Assembly (NCBI GenBank): GCA_904063045.1
Contig: CAJFCJ010000022.1
Location: forward strand, 248,001-312,000
DNA: 64,000 nucleotides
Direction: 5' to 3'
From: Dimorphilus gyrociliatus
Lineage: Eukaryota > Animalia > Annelida
A program made the translations under genes and the position numbers. Shown here piece after piece: positions 12,272-24,951 of this stretch. The notes under the pieces were generated by a model that ran no database searches, was not told the DNA's origin, and worked only from the letters and a program-made list of their open reading frames with translations. Each line of letters starts with the position of its first letter. Positions within the stretch are counted from its first letter, which is position 1.

Positions 12272-13864
12272 TCATTTCCGATCATTGCCTTCAACATCTT
12301 GCACTGATTTATTCGACGTTTCTTTTTTGCCCCTGAGCTTATCGTATTGAAGAGTCGTTGAAATCATATAATCGTCTACAATCTTCTTTATTTTCAATTT
12401 TTCGTACAAGTGTTCCAATCTGCGTCTATGAATATTCGGATAGAAACCCCTAAATATCCTTTCCGACAAAATAGGGCCCCAATTCTTTATTAATGATAAT
12501 AGAAAAATAATGGCTAATAAGACAACAATCTTCTTGCCGTTGAACGAAAGATGCCGTTGATTATCGTCGTAATAGGATAAACTGGGTATTTGAATATCAT
12601 CTAGGCACTTGACCTTGTATTTTGAATCGAATATAAAAATGTTTGGTTCGCTGAAAGGTTTACCTATACCTTGTCTATAGAGATTACTTAAATTTGCAGG
12701 CATTGCATCAAAATTTGTAAAAGTTATATTTCCTTTTCCGTAGGCCCTAATCGTAATCTTTCCATTCTTAAAAAGGCTCTTAGTTAGGGCATGTAGGCAA
12801 GTTTCTCCGAGAAAGCAGGCTATAACTAAAAAGCTTAACGTAATAGAAAAGAGAACATTAAGGAAAATTGTTGTTATATCACCAAATGAATTTACAAGGG
12901 ACCTAAAACCAATCTTGATTTTGTAGACTCCAATCTCATTAGCCTTTTTCCTAACAGAATAACCGCTTTCTGCTTCCATTTCCTCATCGTAATCCTTAAA
13001 ATCAGCGTACATATACCTATTATTATATCCAACATCCGTTTTGTATTTATATAGGCTAATAAAGTTTGTTATAAGTAGATGACCTAATAGAATGTACATT
13101 AATATTTGAATATAATCGTTTATAGTATCGACAAAGGTTGAAGAATCTTTAATCCTTTTGCTAGTTTGATTGAATATTTTAAAGACATCTAAACCTAAAA
13201 TATTAACTGTTGGTTTAGATGTAAATTGAATTTTAGGACAAGTTGAATTTTCCATATTGAAATATTTATCACAACTATCATATCCAAAGCATAAATTTGA
13301 ATTTGTAAAATCAGGTTTATTTCCGGCTATAACATCTCCTAATTCTTCTCTAGCCTTTTTATAGGCTTCATTAACTGTACCACCAATATCTAATACTGTA
13401 AATATACTATTACAAAAGTTCTTTTCAAAAGGCTTTGTTTTTTGAACGAATGAGTTTGCAATATTAAAAAGTTCGGCTTTCAAGTACGTTGTTAAATGGT
13501 TAATTTCACACTTAATAGTGTTGGAGAGAGTTTGCACATGTAGCGTTATTTTTCTTATTGGATTATTTAACAGCAATTCTAGAAGAATAATTGAGAGTAT
13601 TAACGTACCCTCACTTGTAATAAAGGCGGCGGCACTCATACAAATAAACGTTCTTACGATTTTGCAGAAGATTCCACATAGAATGAGAATAAAAGCAATT
13701 GTTAAGAAAATGGCTGTCTTTTCCAAAGAGATTTCAAACTTCTTTATATTATTAATGTTAAAAAAGCTCCAATCATTATTTAGTACTAAGAATAGTGTAC
13801 TAAAATAAACAATGAATAGAACCGAGTACAATATTGAGTGAGAAAACGACGTTATTCTTTCCAT
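12272..13864 (-). CDS. DC-STAMP-domain multipass membrane protein (DCST/Sneaky/SPE-42/DC-STAMP family), 530 aa, intronless CDS
   Basis: N-terminal TMs then FCKIVRTFICM..EG..I..NPIRKI..V..L..TIKC; Cys-containing ectodomain; YKTD..YNNRYM..DFKDYD (family 'Y..D..FDN.YI..F..D'); late TMs; IFRGFYP..RRRLEHLYEKL (family 'FYP..R...LY..L'). ATG 13864 follows an acceptor-like GATAG. Confidence 0.78.
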   Translation of the reverse strand: MERITSFSHSILYSVLFIVYFSTLFLVLNNDWSFFNINNIKKFEISLEKTAIFLTIAFILILCGIFCKIVRTFICMSAAAFITSEGTLILSIILLELLLNNPIRKITLHVQTLSNTIKCEINHLTTYLKAELFNIANSFVQKTKPFEKNFCNSIFTVLDIGGTVNEAYKKAREELGDVIAGNKPDFTNSNLCFGYDSCDKYFNMENSTCPKIQFTSKPTVNILGLDVFKIFNQTSKRIKDSSTFVDTINDYIQILMYILLGHLLITNFISLYKYKTDVGYNNRYMYADFKDYDEEMEAESGYSVRKKANEIGVYKIKIGFRSLVNSFGDITTIFLNVLFSITLSFLVIACFLGETCLHALTKSLFKNGKITIRAYGKGNITFTNFDAMPANLSNLYRQGIGKPFSEPNIFIFDSKYKVKCLDDIQIPSLSYYDDNQRHLSFNGKKIVVLLAIIFLLSLIKNWGPILSERIFRGFYPNIHRRRLEHLYEKLKIKKIVDDYMISTTLQYDKLRGKKETSNKSVQDVEGNDRK

Positions 13865-14029
13865 TTTCCCTATCAGCAAAAATCAAGAAATGACAAACTT
13901 TTTACAACTTTGCCTAGTCGAGATAATTGAATAATAACAAATAAATACGTTAAATATTATGATTGGCTATGGTTCATTTTTTTAGCACGAAATACATTAA
14001 TTTGTCAATTATTCTCCCTCATATATTTG

Positions 14030-14260
14030 TATCCCTTTCTTTCTCATTCACTCACTCTTTCGCTCACTCTCACACTCACCCACTCACTCACTCACTCACT
14101 TGCTTGCTCGGTCGTTCTATCTCTTCTCTTTTTCTTTCTTTCCAATACTCCCACTCTCGCATTCACCTCCTTTTCTCGTAGTCTCTCCATATCTCTCTCC
14201 CATTCTCACCCTCTTTCTCCCTCCTCCTCTCTTCTTTATATCTTATTCTCTTGTTATATC
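14030..14260. repeat. (CTCA)n / CT-rich low-complexity tract
   Basis: Degenerate CACT/CTCA repeats at 14044..14100 followed by a pyrimidine-rich run; explains the spurious ORFs at 13963-14447. Confidence 0.85.
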
Positions 14261-15302
14261 TCAAAGCCGTACTCATTCTTTCACTGATTTATTCGCTAAC
14301 TCACGTTATCCCTCTCTTTACACCGGCTCTTTCTCTCTGTCTCTCTTATTTCCATTCTCATCAATATTTATTTATATAAACTATATATACTGTATAAATA
14401 GATGTATGTATAGTGGTTTTATTGACGACCAAAGATATTTACTTTGATTTCTTTTACCAATAAAAGATTTGTTATTGTAGTATTTTTTGAAACTCATTTT
14501 TATACGAATTAGGGAAACTATCCCTAGAATTCCCTATGTTTATTTATAAGTTTTCGCTATTTGCAATATACGATATATATATATAAATTTATATATGAAT
14601 TTATATATATATATATATATGTATATATTGGTATTTATCTCCTTTACATGCAATAAATCAGCACCGGAATAGGGCTATTTAACCAAGTTAATATATATAT
14701 AAACTTTTAAATGGGCCATTCAAACTGATATCGTATGAGCTACCAGCTACGTAGAATATTCAAATTCCTTCTTATCGTCGAAAACCAGTTGGAAAATTAC
14801 CTTCTTCCCATTTGCGACATTCCCCGATATAGCCATTTGACATTTTCACCATCAAAGATATAAAGCAGTGATAAGTAAATGGATTTCTTTTTGTTCTTTC
14901 TTTTCACCAATTCCATAAACATTCTATTGTTTTTCCTTATTTTCTTTCTACGCCAACCCGTTCCAACTACCAGTCCTCATCCTTCCGATAGAATAATAAG
15001 GCCTATTAAAGGCTTGTTGAACAAAACTTAATAAGAGCCGTTAGCCGGACTTGTAAATTGCATTTCTCCTTAATTAAGCTGCTAGCCTAAAGTATTGAAA
15101 GCTAGAGGCTGTTGTTTCTTCGCGATAATAACGATATTAGTAAATAACAAAACAGAATGAGAAAATAGGAAGTTTATAAAATTTTTCTCTTTTTTTTTGT
15201 ACAATAAACTTTTCTTTAAAACTTTAATTTTGTTTCTTTTTACAACAAAAACTGTGCAGATACTTTAAGCATAATTTTTATACTATTAATCTTTAAAAAA
15301 CC

Positions 15303-18300
15303 CTACAGAGAAGCCATACTGTCTTTTTCACCGAAATCCGTTTCCGTTTCTGTCGTCAAGCCTCCTTTACCCTTCAATTTTACTCTCTCAGCATCTGTCG
15401 TATTACCAGCGTCGCTGCCTGCGAAAAAATTCAATTATAGCAAGCGATTGGTGGCGGAAATTAACGAATATACGACGAACCGGTTGCACTAAAATGATTA
15501 GGGAAATTGGTGGTTGTATTTGACGATTTCTTGTAAGTTGTAGAATTCATTGTTAATTTTCTAACATTCTTCTCCGGATGAAAAATGATTATGTAAATCT
15601 TAGGAGTAAAGAGGCAGAGAAGAGCCACATAAGCGCTCAAAGAAATTGAGACGCAAAGCGTTGTTGTCTGAATCTGTTGAACGAATGTAAACAAGTTTTT
15701 TTTATAAAATAAGTATATCGCATGAATCTAGAGCAACTAGCAGAAGTTTTTCAATCAAATTAGGTCATCTCCGGCTACAAAGAAATAATAGACTATATCT
15801 ATATAATAGTGACAAAGAACCATAGTTAGAAACATCTGGATAGAGATGCGGGTCGTCCATCAATTTTTAGTATGTTTATTCATTTAGGGTATATAGTATT
15901 TTTTTAATAAAAGAGTCGATATTAAAGGATGACGTTTGTACCTGAATAAATAAAATGCTTATAAAAACAAAAGCGGGCTGAAGAGAATAAGCATCAGTGA
16001 GGAATAGAAGATCAAAAAATTGTTAAAATTGCACAAATGGTCAAGTTGAAATATCCACGTTACAATTGATTAATTAATTAATAAAAGGAGAAAGATAATA
16101 AATAAAGAAGTTGTCTACGCGCCATCTATAGGTCTCTTACCTGAAAATTATTCAAGGTTCCAAAATAAATAGGAAGAAAGGCCAACCAAATAATACAGGT
16201 GGTATACATAGTAAATCCTATGAATTTACTCTCGTTAAAATTCTCGGGAATTTTTCGTGTCTTTATAGCATAGACTGTACAAATGAGAATGAGTAGCATA
16301 TTGTATGTAAGCGAGATGAGGAAAGAAGTCTCTTCGATCCGGCACTTGAGTATCACCTCATTCTTTCTTCCACCCGGATTATAATGCCTTATCCCTGGAG
16401 GACTGACGAACAGCCAAACTCCTGCACACGCTATCTGGATGCCGATAAGGATTAAAGTGATTATCAGCTGGGATTTTGGAGATATGAATGGAGGTCTTTT
16501 AGCTGATTTTGTGGCGCTATCGAAGATTCTCGATATTCTATTGGTTTTTACAAGGAGTGACGAGTACATGACTGCAAAAGCGAAGCCGACTCCAAACCTC
16601 CTTATTGTGCATATAACGGCTGTAGGCTTAGCCAAGAGGAAGAATGTCATGAGGAAGTTACAGATGAAACCGCCCAGGAGAACAAAACTGAGTTCCCTAC
16701 CCGATGCTTTAACAATCGGAGTATCAATGTGTAAGAAGAAGGTGACGGCTACAAGGGATGTTAAGGTAATACCTAGGCAAGAGATGGCAACTGGAACCAG
16801 GGAATATACAGACAGCCACCTCATATGTTGTACCCATGAACGAAAGAATACATTGTTTGCGGTAAGTCTTTGATGACAAAGTCCATACTTAAAATTGACC
16901 GCCCATTATGAATTAGTGCTCTATATGGCAACAGCATGCAGTGATTATTTGGAATATCACAATAGAAAATCGTTTATATAAATTATTCACTAGATCTTTC
17001 AATTGACCTTTCGCTTAGTGCGAGAAAATTCCTTCTATATTGCTATCGTTCTTGTCAGATTTAGGAATAAATTTTTCACGTCATTAGTCTCACTGTTCTC
17101 TCGCTAATCGATTGACACCTAATTATGAGGTGTGCGTACTTGTGATTGTACCATGAAACCTTAAAAATTTAGTCTACTTTTACAATAACGTATAGCCTGT
17201 CTAGTCTGTCTGTATGGCACTATGTTATTGAGTATATTTATATATTCTTATTCGTTCGTTCATGAGCTATTACCGGAAGATCGTAGCATGAACTCTTTTC
17301 TTCATTAGGCCATCTACCTTCACCGCAATCTTCGCACGTTACTTCGTCCACAGTATATTCGAAATCTTTGCAAGGTGTGCAAATCCAACAGCAAGAACGA
17401 TCTCTCATTCTTTTAATTTCTCCTACCTTGCAAGGTGGGGAACATATACTTACGGGAACTTCAACGCGTCCGTCTAGCCATCGTATGTCGTCTTTTCTAA
17501 TAGTAAGTCCGTTCGTCCATTCTCCAACAGCTACGTATTCGTACTTATCGGTTTCTGTGTTTCGACGGTAATTCATAACGTTGTATCGTCCAAGACCATC
17601 GCCAGAGGCATCGAATTCGATTACGTCTCCAAAACGATCTGTAAGGAATTCGATTTTTTAGAGCTTTAACAGACTATTTCTGATAGGTTTTTCTGCTTGA
17701 CGGGTCAGGTGACGCTCTCTTCAGGGACGCCCACGTCTGTCAATATTTCTATTAGCATTTTTTTTATCAGTTGATACTCTCGCATTATCGAAAGAAAGTG
17801 AAAAAAGGGGAAAGATAGAAGTGGAAAAAAAATATTTTCTTTTGTAGTAAATCGAGTATTTTGCACAGTTTATTAAAGGTTGAAAATTTTCCTTTTTTCC
17901 TACAAAAACTAAAGGAAAACAAAAAGAAGTCTATAATGATAAAGCTAATAATATATCTTTTTTTCATGTTGTTGATAACCTTTCAAAGACCAAAAAAGCT
18001 ATTCGATATGTAAAGCGTATCTAAGTGGATATTTAAAAGGAATAAATCAAAAAGAGATACTTTTCCGGTGACAACTCAAAGGCAAAAATCATCTTTAATG
18101 CATACAATTTATTTAATAAATAAATGAAAAGTGTAGTCTAATTTTATTCATTTTCACGCTACTTAGATCACGATACAGGTGAGTGGACTACCGTGAAATT
18201 CATCAATGGCAGTATTTTAGATTCTATTCCTTGTTTTCTTTTCTTCTCATTTTCTTTTCTCTAACCTTACTTTTTCTTTGTTTCTTTCTTTATTTCTTTA

Positions 18301-21300
18301 TTCTCTATTTGCTCTTTCTATCAACTATTTATACTAGTCTGAACTGAGGGTATCGAATGAAAAATGGGGAAATTAAGGTATTTAAAAAGTTAGTAAAAGA
18401 GAAAAAAAGCAAAGATTGTATGTAATTTGCTGTTTTTAGAGAGACCCTTAGAAAAATAGATTACGTATCTGTACAATATATATTCTTAGACGTATATGGA
18501 TATTTGGATATACAGCAGTGTAGTTTTTCTTTTAGTCTCTTATTTTCCATATATATATTAGTATATAGATATATACTCGATTTAATTCTATTTTGTCAAC
18601 TCATCAACTATGGCTAGGGTCGAGAGTTACAGTTACGAAATGAAAGGTGGCGACAGTCTTCTATGGAAGCCAAATAATTTACTTGTAAAGTCGCCATATG
18701 AAAGGAAAGAAAGGTGCATCTTACTGTCTTTACTCCCTATTTATAAATAATTAGTTATTGTTCTACAAAACGTTAAGTATACATATATACGTCTATATAC
18801 TATATATAGACGTTAGCGTTGAGGGAAGAGGGCTACAAAGAAAACAAAAAGCAAAAGAAGAGAGAGCGAGAGAGAGAGAGAGAGAGAGAGAGTTGTAAAC
18901 TGAGAATAGAGAAAATAAAGAGTATAAAATTTTGAATATATCTCTAGGGGAGAGGAGAGAGAGAAGGAAGATTTGAGGTTTTAAGATTATCGCTAAATAT
19001 TTTGGTTGTCTAATCTAATAATATTTTCTTTTACTTTCGCTGCATTAATACGAAGATTTCGGTGGATAAAAGTATTATTTTTACAGACGACAAAGTATTT
19101 TGTATAACAATTTACAGTAATATACAAACTTTAGCCCCTTTTCTTTTCAGTTAAAAAGTTCGAATGTAAATATTGAAGCTATTAAACGAAAACACACTAA
19201 ATGGCTGATGCTGAGAAAAGAGCATTTGTGATAAATTGTTTGTAGAATGGAAAACCGTTTTTTGATTAAAAGATATCCATATATGTATAATTTTTTTCCA
19301 ATTTTCTAAACACTAAAAAGTATAGCTTTTTCACTCTTTTGTGTTTCGTTTTTCTATACAACTGCCGAGAATTTTTATGGAATTTACAAAGAAAATAAAA
19401 AGATAAAGAAACGAAGCAGATTACAAGCATAGAATATACGTTAATTCAATAATTAAGGAATGTTTGTTAAAAGGGAATGAATAAACAAAATGTTTATTAA
19501 ATTCAAGATGTTTATTGAATTGATTAGGATTTGAAAAAAGTGCTATTAGATTTTTTTTAGAGCTATTAAATACCACTTGACTATCTTACTTTTGCTAAAG
19601 TTGTTTCTTCAATTTGAACAAGAATTTAGCATTCGAAATTGCCTACCCACGTGACATGGTTTAGAAACACCCGCGGGTTACAATCTAAATTTCGAATTTC
19701 CTGCAATCTAACGGAATTCTCCTACTTTAATTCTCACGTGAGCTTTCTCCTATTAAGAGCTCGAAATAAAACACATTTTCGTAAACGCTCAGCTGTTAAT
19801 CTTCCGATCTAAATGTGAAAAGAAGGGAATTTATGTGAAATGAATACTGGTTTCTTAAGTCAATTTCCAGTTCAAATTTTAAATATAAGAATTTGCACTT
19901 GTTAATGATTATTTCCTTCTGCTACTCTCTATTATTTTTCTCCTATTAAGAAATTACTAGCTTTATCCGACCATGAAACAAGTATGCAATTTAAAATAGC
20001 TTTGGCACACTGCTGTATGATTAGAGACTTATGGAGTGATGTTAGTGCAATGGATGCCTGAATTTACCTGTTTAAATTAGCTTAGTGATAAATAATATAC
20101 CTTGTTTTGTATTAATAAAGAGAAAATTTCATGCATCTTTAATTAACTCTAAATTATGATAAAAATCAATAATAATAATAAAAAAACATAGGATTTTTTC
20201 TATGTTTCTTTTTATATATTTCAATAATAACGAAACTAAACTCTATTGACGCCTGTTCTGTCAGTCTGTCTGTCTGTCTGTCTATCTTTCTTTCTTTCCG
20301 TCTGTCTATCAGTCTCCCTTTCTCCCTTCCTCTCCCTCTCTCTCTCTTCGCTATTTTTTCTATCCCCACCCTCTCTTTCTTTTTATATTGAAACAACTTT
20401 GAATCATTACTGAAATGAGAAATTTTCATTCGCAGTTATTCCTGTCCTCTTTGGTCTATTAACAGCGCGGTGAATTGACTTATTAACGATGCATCCAATT
20501 TATCTCGTTAGAGAGTAGTTGGCAAAGAAAAATTACTTAATTCCTCAAACTCTTAAAGTGGAAAAATACTCAATAAATTTTCTTTAATAGAGTTTGATGA
20601 CTAAATTAGGCAATATGATAAATAGTTACTTGATATAACTTGACAAAATGTATTTATTTAACCCATAACCCTCTCTACAAAGAGTTGATAAGAAGATACT
20701 ATACAGTTCGGGTGTTGGCTGTTCTGCTATGTTTACAGCAAAGTGGAAGCCTCAGGCCAGTTCATTTGCATCGATGATGGACCATTGTAACATTTTTTTT
20801 TCAGCCTTTCGCTGAATGTTAGAATTAATACATGAGTATTTTGATTAAATTATAAATGTAACATAAAAAAGAAATCTTTTAGGGTAAATAAGCAAACTTA
20901 TATGATTTATAAAAAATTAGACAGCATACTGTATAGTGTATTACAGTATAACTTATTAATTCACTTAGTATACGTATATATCTGCTTTAGTTTGTCAACG
21001 TTTACCTTTTCTTTTAGTTTCTTAAGTTAAAGAGACAGAGAGAGAGAGAGAGAGAGTGATTAAGGTAGAAAGGTAAGAGAGAGACAGAAAAATCAGAGTT
21101 GAAAAAATTTTTCCTTTCTTTTCTTTTTGAAAAGAAACTTAAAAGAAGAAATATAAATAGAAAGAGGATAATAATAAAAAGAAAATAAACATATGTATCA
21201 TTTTTTCTTCTTAAAAAAGAGAATTATATATCAAAATATAGTTATAAAAGTAGGTATCGACCATATATATATATATATATTTATATTGGTAAACAAATAT

Positions 21301-24300
21301 ATACACAGTTGCAGCGAATTTTCTATCTGATCCGCCATAGTTTTTAAGCTGTCTATTCCTTAGAATATCTATTCTTCCCATCCTCTCTCTTGCCTATCCT
21401 CGCTCCTTCTTTCCCCTTTCTTATTATTTCTTATTTACCTTAAAGAAAATGGTTCTGCCTTTCTTGCCTTTAATTTGTTAAATTATCTAATTAGTTTTTA
21501 TCATTTTTCTCTTTTTTCCCTTCAAAAAGTTAACGTAAGAGAGAAGATAGGAAAATGTTTAAATGATAAATAAACATGCACATAATATACATATATGCAT
21601 TGATTTAACCACATATATATATATAAATGTGAAGAATACCGCAAAGCTCCAGTATCCCATTCCCGAGCGCTATGATTTAGATACATCTTCGTAGCGTTAA
21701 GAAATGGAACACCCGAACTGCGATTATTCCATATCGCCTATAAAATTCTATATTAAAAAAATATTTCCCTTATTTTTTATTCTCTAAGGTTTTCATAATA
21801 ACTTTTCTCCTTGTTCTTTTCACTGTTTCTCTTATAATTGTTACAACCTACCGCTCGTCTTTTCTCTCCCCTTCTCTTCTCTTTCCTTTTCTGTTTTTTT
21901 TTCTCATAATCCTTTCTTCATATACTTCAAGTTTTGTTATTTTCAAACTACTGGACTATATTCATTCGTGTTTTATTTTATTTTTAATAAATTCTTATAA
22001 AATATTAGATAATTTAATAAAAGACTTACAAAGCTTAATATAAGGCGGTGAATTATTTATCCTTACCTCAGGCAAAATTAATATCGAGACAAAAATTACA
22101 GCCATTTAGCGCTACCCTTTTTTTCTTTCTTTTTTTTAATGAAAAAAAAAGACGCCAAAGAGTCTTTTGGCGTCTTTCTCGCTCTCTCTCTCTCTTCTTT
22201 TTTTTCAGTGTTAAAGCTTGGTAGATTTTTATTTTTATTTATTTTTATAGTTGAATGTTTAGATATTATTTTACTCATTAATTTCATTTTGCTCAATTAG
22301 ATAAATACAGTTAAAATAATTGTGAATGTAAAATTTAAAGCTTATTTAACTGTTCGTTTAATTATTTATAAATCCAGATTATTGATGGATAATAAAAAAA
22401 ATAAGTATGTAGAAACAGTATTCAAGAGTTTGTTATCCTCTATCATTTTTCAACTACCCATCCTCCTATCCCCCTATCCCCCTATCATCCATCCATTCGT
22501 CTATGCATCTATTCATTCCACACCAAGCTATACGTATTCAAATGCGGTACAATTTGTATTTTGATAAATAGTGAATACTGGACAGAAGGAGGAGGGAGGA
22601 GGCGAGAGAGAGTGATGAGCGAGAAAAGGGGAGAAGAGTAGTAAGGAAAGTAATGCTCGCGAGATATTTTACTCCATTATTTTACTCCATTAAAAAAGCG
22701 TAAAATATATTACTGTAAATTGTCCTATTCAAAAGTAAATGACACAGGTAAAGGCCATGTGACTAAACAAAAATGAATTTTTTACGGGAAAAATGCCAAT
22801 CATTGTCTTGTTTGCTCTTAGCCTTCTTACATATTTAAGTCAGGCTAAGACGCATATCATCTCTATTGACAAATCTTTAACTAAACTGATGGATATAGTT
22901 TTGCTATTTATCTGCATATTCCGATTCATAAAAAGTAAATAATATTGTTTAGAATGTGTTGAAAGACTCAATGGAGGTACAAAATCAATTTTTAGCCTAT
23001 TCGGTTACAAACTATTGATAGACAAAGAGTGGATGATTAATTTTTTGATTTTGATTTTTCCTTTTACGCTTGTTTGAATAGCTTGCCAATGATATATAGA
23101 AATAAAATATAGTTATAGTTAAACTATAGTATGACAGTAAATCTGAATGACTTTGTATAATATAAGCAGTTGACAAAATTTATACAAAAGATTCATCTTC
23201 CCTCAATGTTCCTTGTTTTCTTATATATATATATAAATGTGTATAAGCTGATTATCTTAATTAGTTAACTTGGATAAAGTCTGTCAGTATTTTGAGGCAG
23301 AAAGACAGATGGATAGAGAAATAAAGAGAATGAAGGAAAGAGAGAAAGAAGGAAGAGTAAATTTTAACAGATGAAAAAAAAAATAATATAAAAACAAGGA
23401 GGAAAAAAGAAGAAGAAGAAAAAAAAGTTGGAGATATAAACGATATATTGAACATGTCAAGAATAGAGCAATTATTCATACAATTCCTTTGTTAAGGTAA
23501 TACATCAATTCTGTATATCTTTGTTGTTTTTTTACGATAAATTAATCGCCGACTTTATGAGAGAATGAAAATGTAAATTAATATTTCTCTCCTCTTCCAA
23601 TCGAAATGGATACAATAGGTAGAATGGATAAGAATATAAACTAAATGCATAAAAAGAAAACGTTACTCACCTTCAAAGGAAACGTTCAGTAGATAATGTT
23701 TATAAAATGTCTTTCCATCTCTTAAAAATTCACTCATACACGTCTTCCTATCGTCGTTCAACCAACATTGCTCTTCTAGAACTTTATTTAAGGCTTGAGC
23801 AACAGCATACACTGTATCGTACACAAACTGTAATTTACTTTCCTGTTTGAAGTCTGGAAATGTCTCGTTTCCAGTACAGAGAGAACCATTTTCTTTTGGT
23901 TTGAATTTACATTTGTGAGCTGATTCCCAGAATTCGTTAAACCAAGGATTTCTGGTGTTATTCGAGGGTCGTCTCCTCCTAAAATACGTGTCAAAATCTG
24001 GAATTTTCTTCGATTTCAACTCTATGGTTATAGCTCCTCTAGAAACGTTAGTTGTGTCTTTAACGGGTAGAGGATTGTTTCCCCAACCGTCCGATGCGAT
24101 CCAAACGAAAGAATCGATCATGTTGAGACGTTGGGCAGCTGATAGAAGTTGAGTAGCATCTTCAACTCTAAGAAAGAGGGCGACAACTCTAGCTTCATTA
24201 TTTTTAAGTTCTTTAACAATCTTTTCAAAATTTTGCTTATTGGACGACTGAGGAACCTTTGCTTCTATAGCCGTACAAACATTCCTGGCGGTTAATTCGT

Positions 24301-24918
24301 CTTTAAAAGCCTCTATTCCTTTTTCACCATAGTCTCCCTCGGAAGCTACTGTACTGACGTACGTCCAATTGAAAAAGTCGACAATGTCAGCCATCGCTCT
24401 TGCCTGAAAGTTATCAGGCGGAACTGTTCTCGCAAAATAGTCAAATCTAGTTTTATCACTTAAAACTGCTGATGTTGACGCATAGGAAACTAGAGGTATT
24501 TTAAAAAGCCTTAATAGATTAGCCACCTGGATCGTGGACGAAAGTAATAATATAGTCCAGCCTAAACAACTGAATGGAATGGGGCGTATAGGCCACATTA
24601 CTTAATAAAAGAACAAAGTACATACAATTTCTATCACATTGGTTAGTCCCAATTAAGTTCCATATATATTTGCTTAAAGGAAAAGCTTCCTTACTAAGTC
24701 ACCTCTTTATTTATTGGATATGAAATTTATATCCGGTGAACCAATTATTCTTCTCTACGTTAAAAACGCTGCCAATTTTCACTATTAACTACATTTATAG
24801 TTGTAAATACAAATTATTGTTAAGAAATACGTAGAATGCAATTTATATCTTTTGTATATTTCTCATTTCTTATATTTAATCTTACTCGCTGACTCTCTTT
24901 CTCTCTGTCTCTCTGTCT

Positions 24919-24951
<33 letters not shown>

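Noticed and set aside
13963-14447. Three overlapping ORFs rich in S/L/H/F
   Set aside because: Products of CTCA/CT microsatellite sequence.
14740-15130. GC-richer patch with short open frames between DC-STAMP and mGluR
   Set aside because: No consistent splice model; best explained as mGluR 3' UTR or DC-STAMP promoter.
15303-15317. mGluR C-terminus SMASL as a class I PDZ ligand
   Set aside because: Residue -2 is Ala, not Ser/Thr, so it only resembles the vertebrate TSSL ending.
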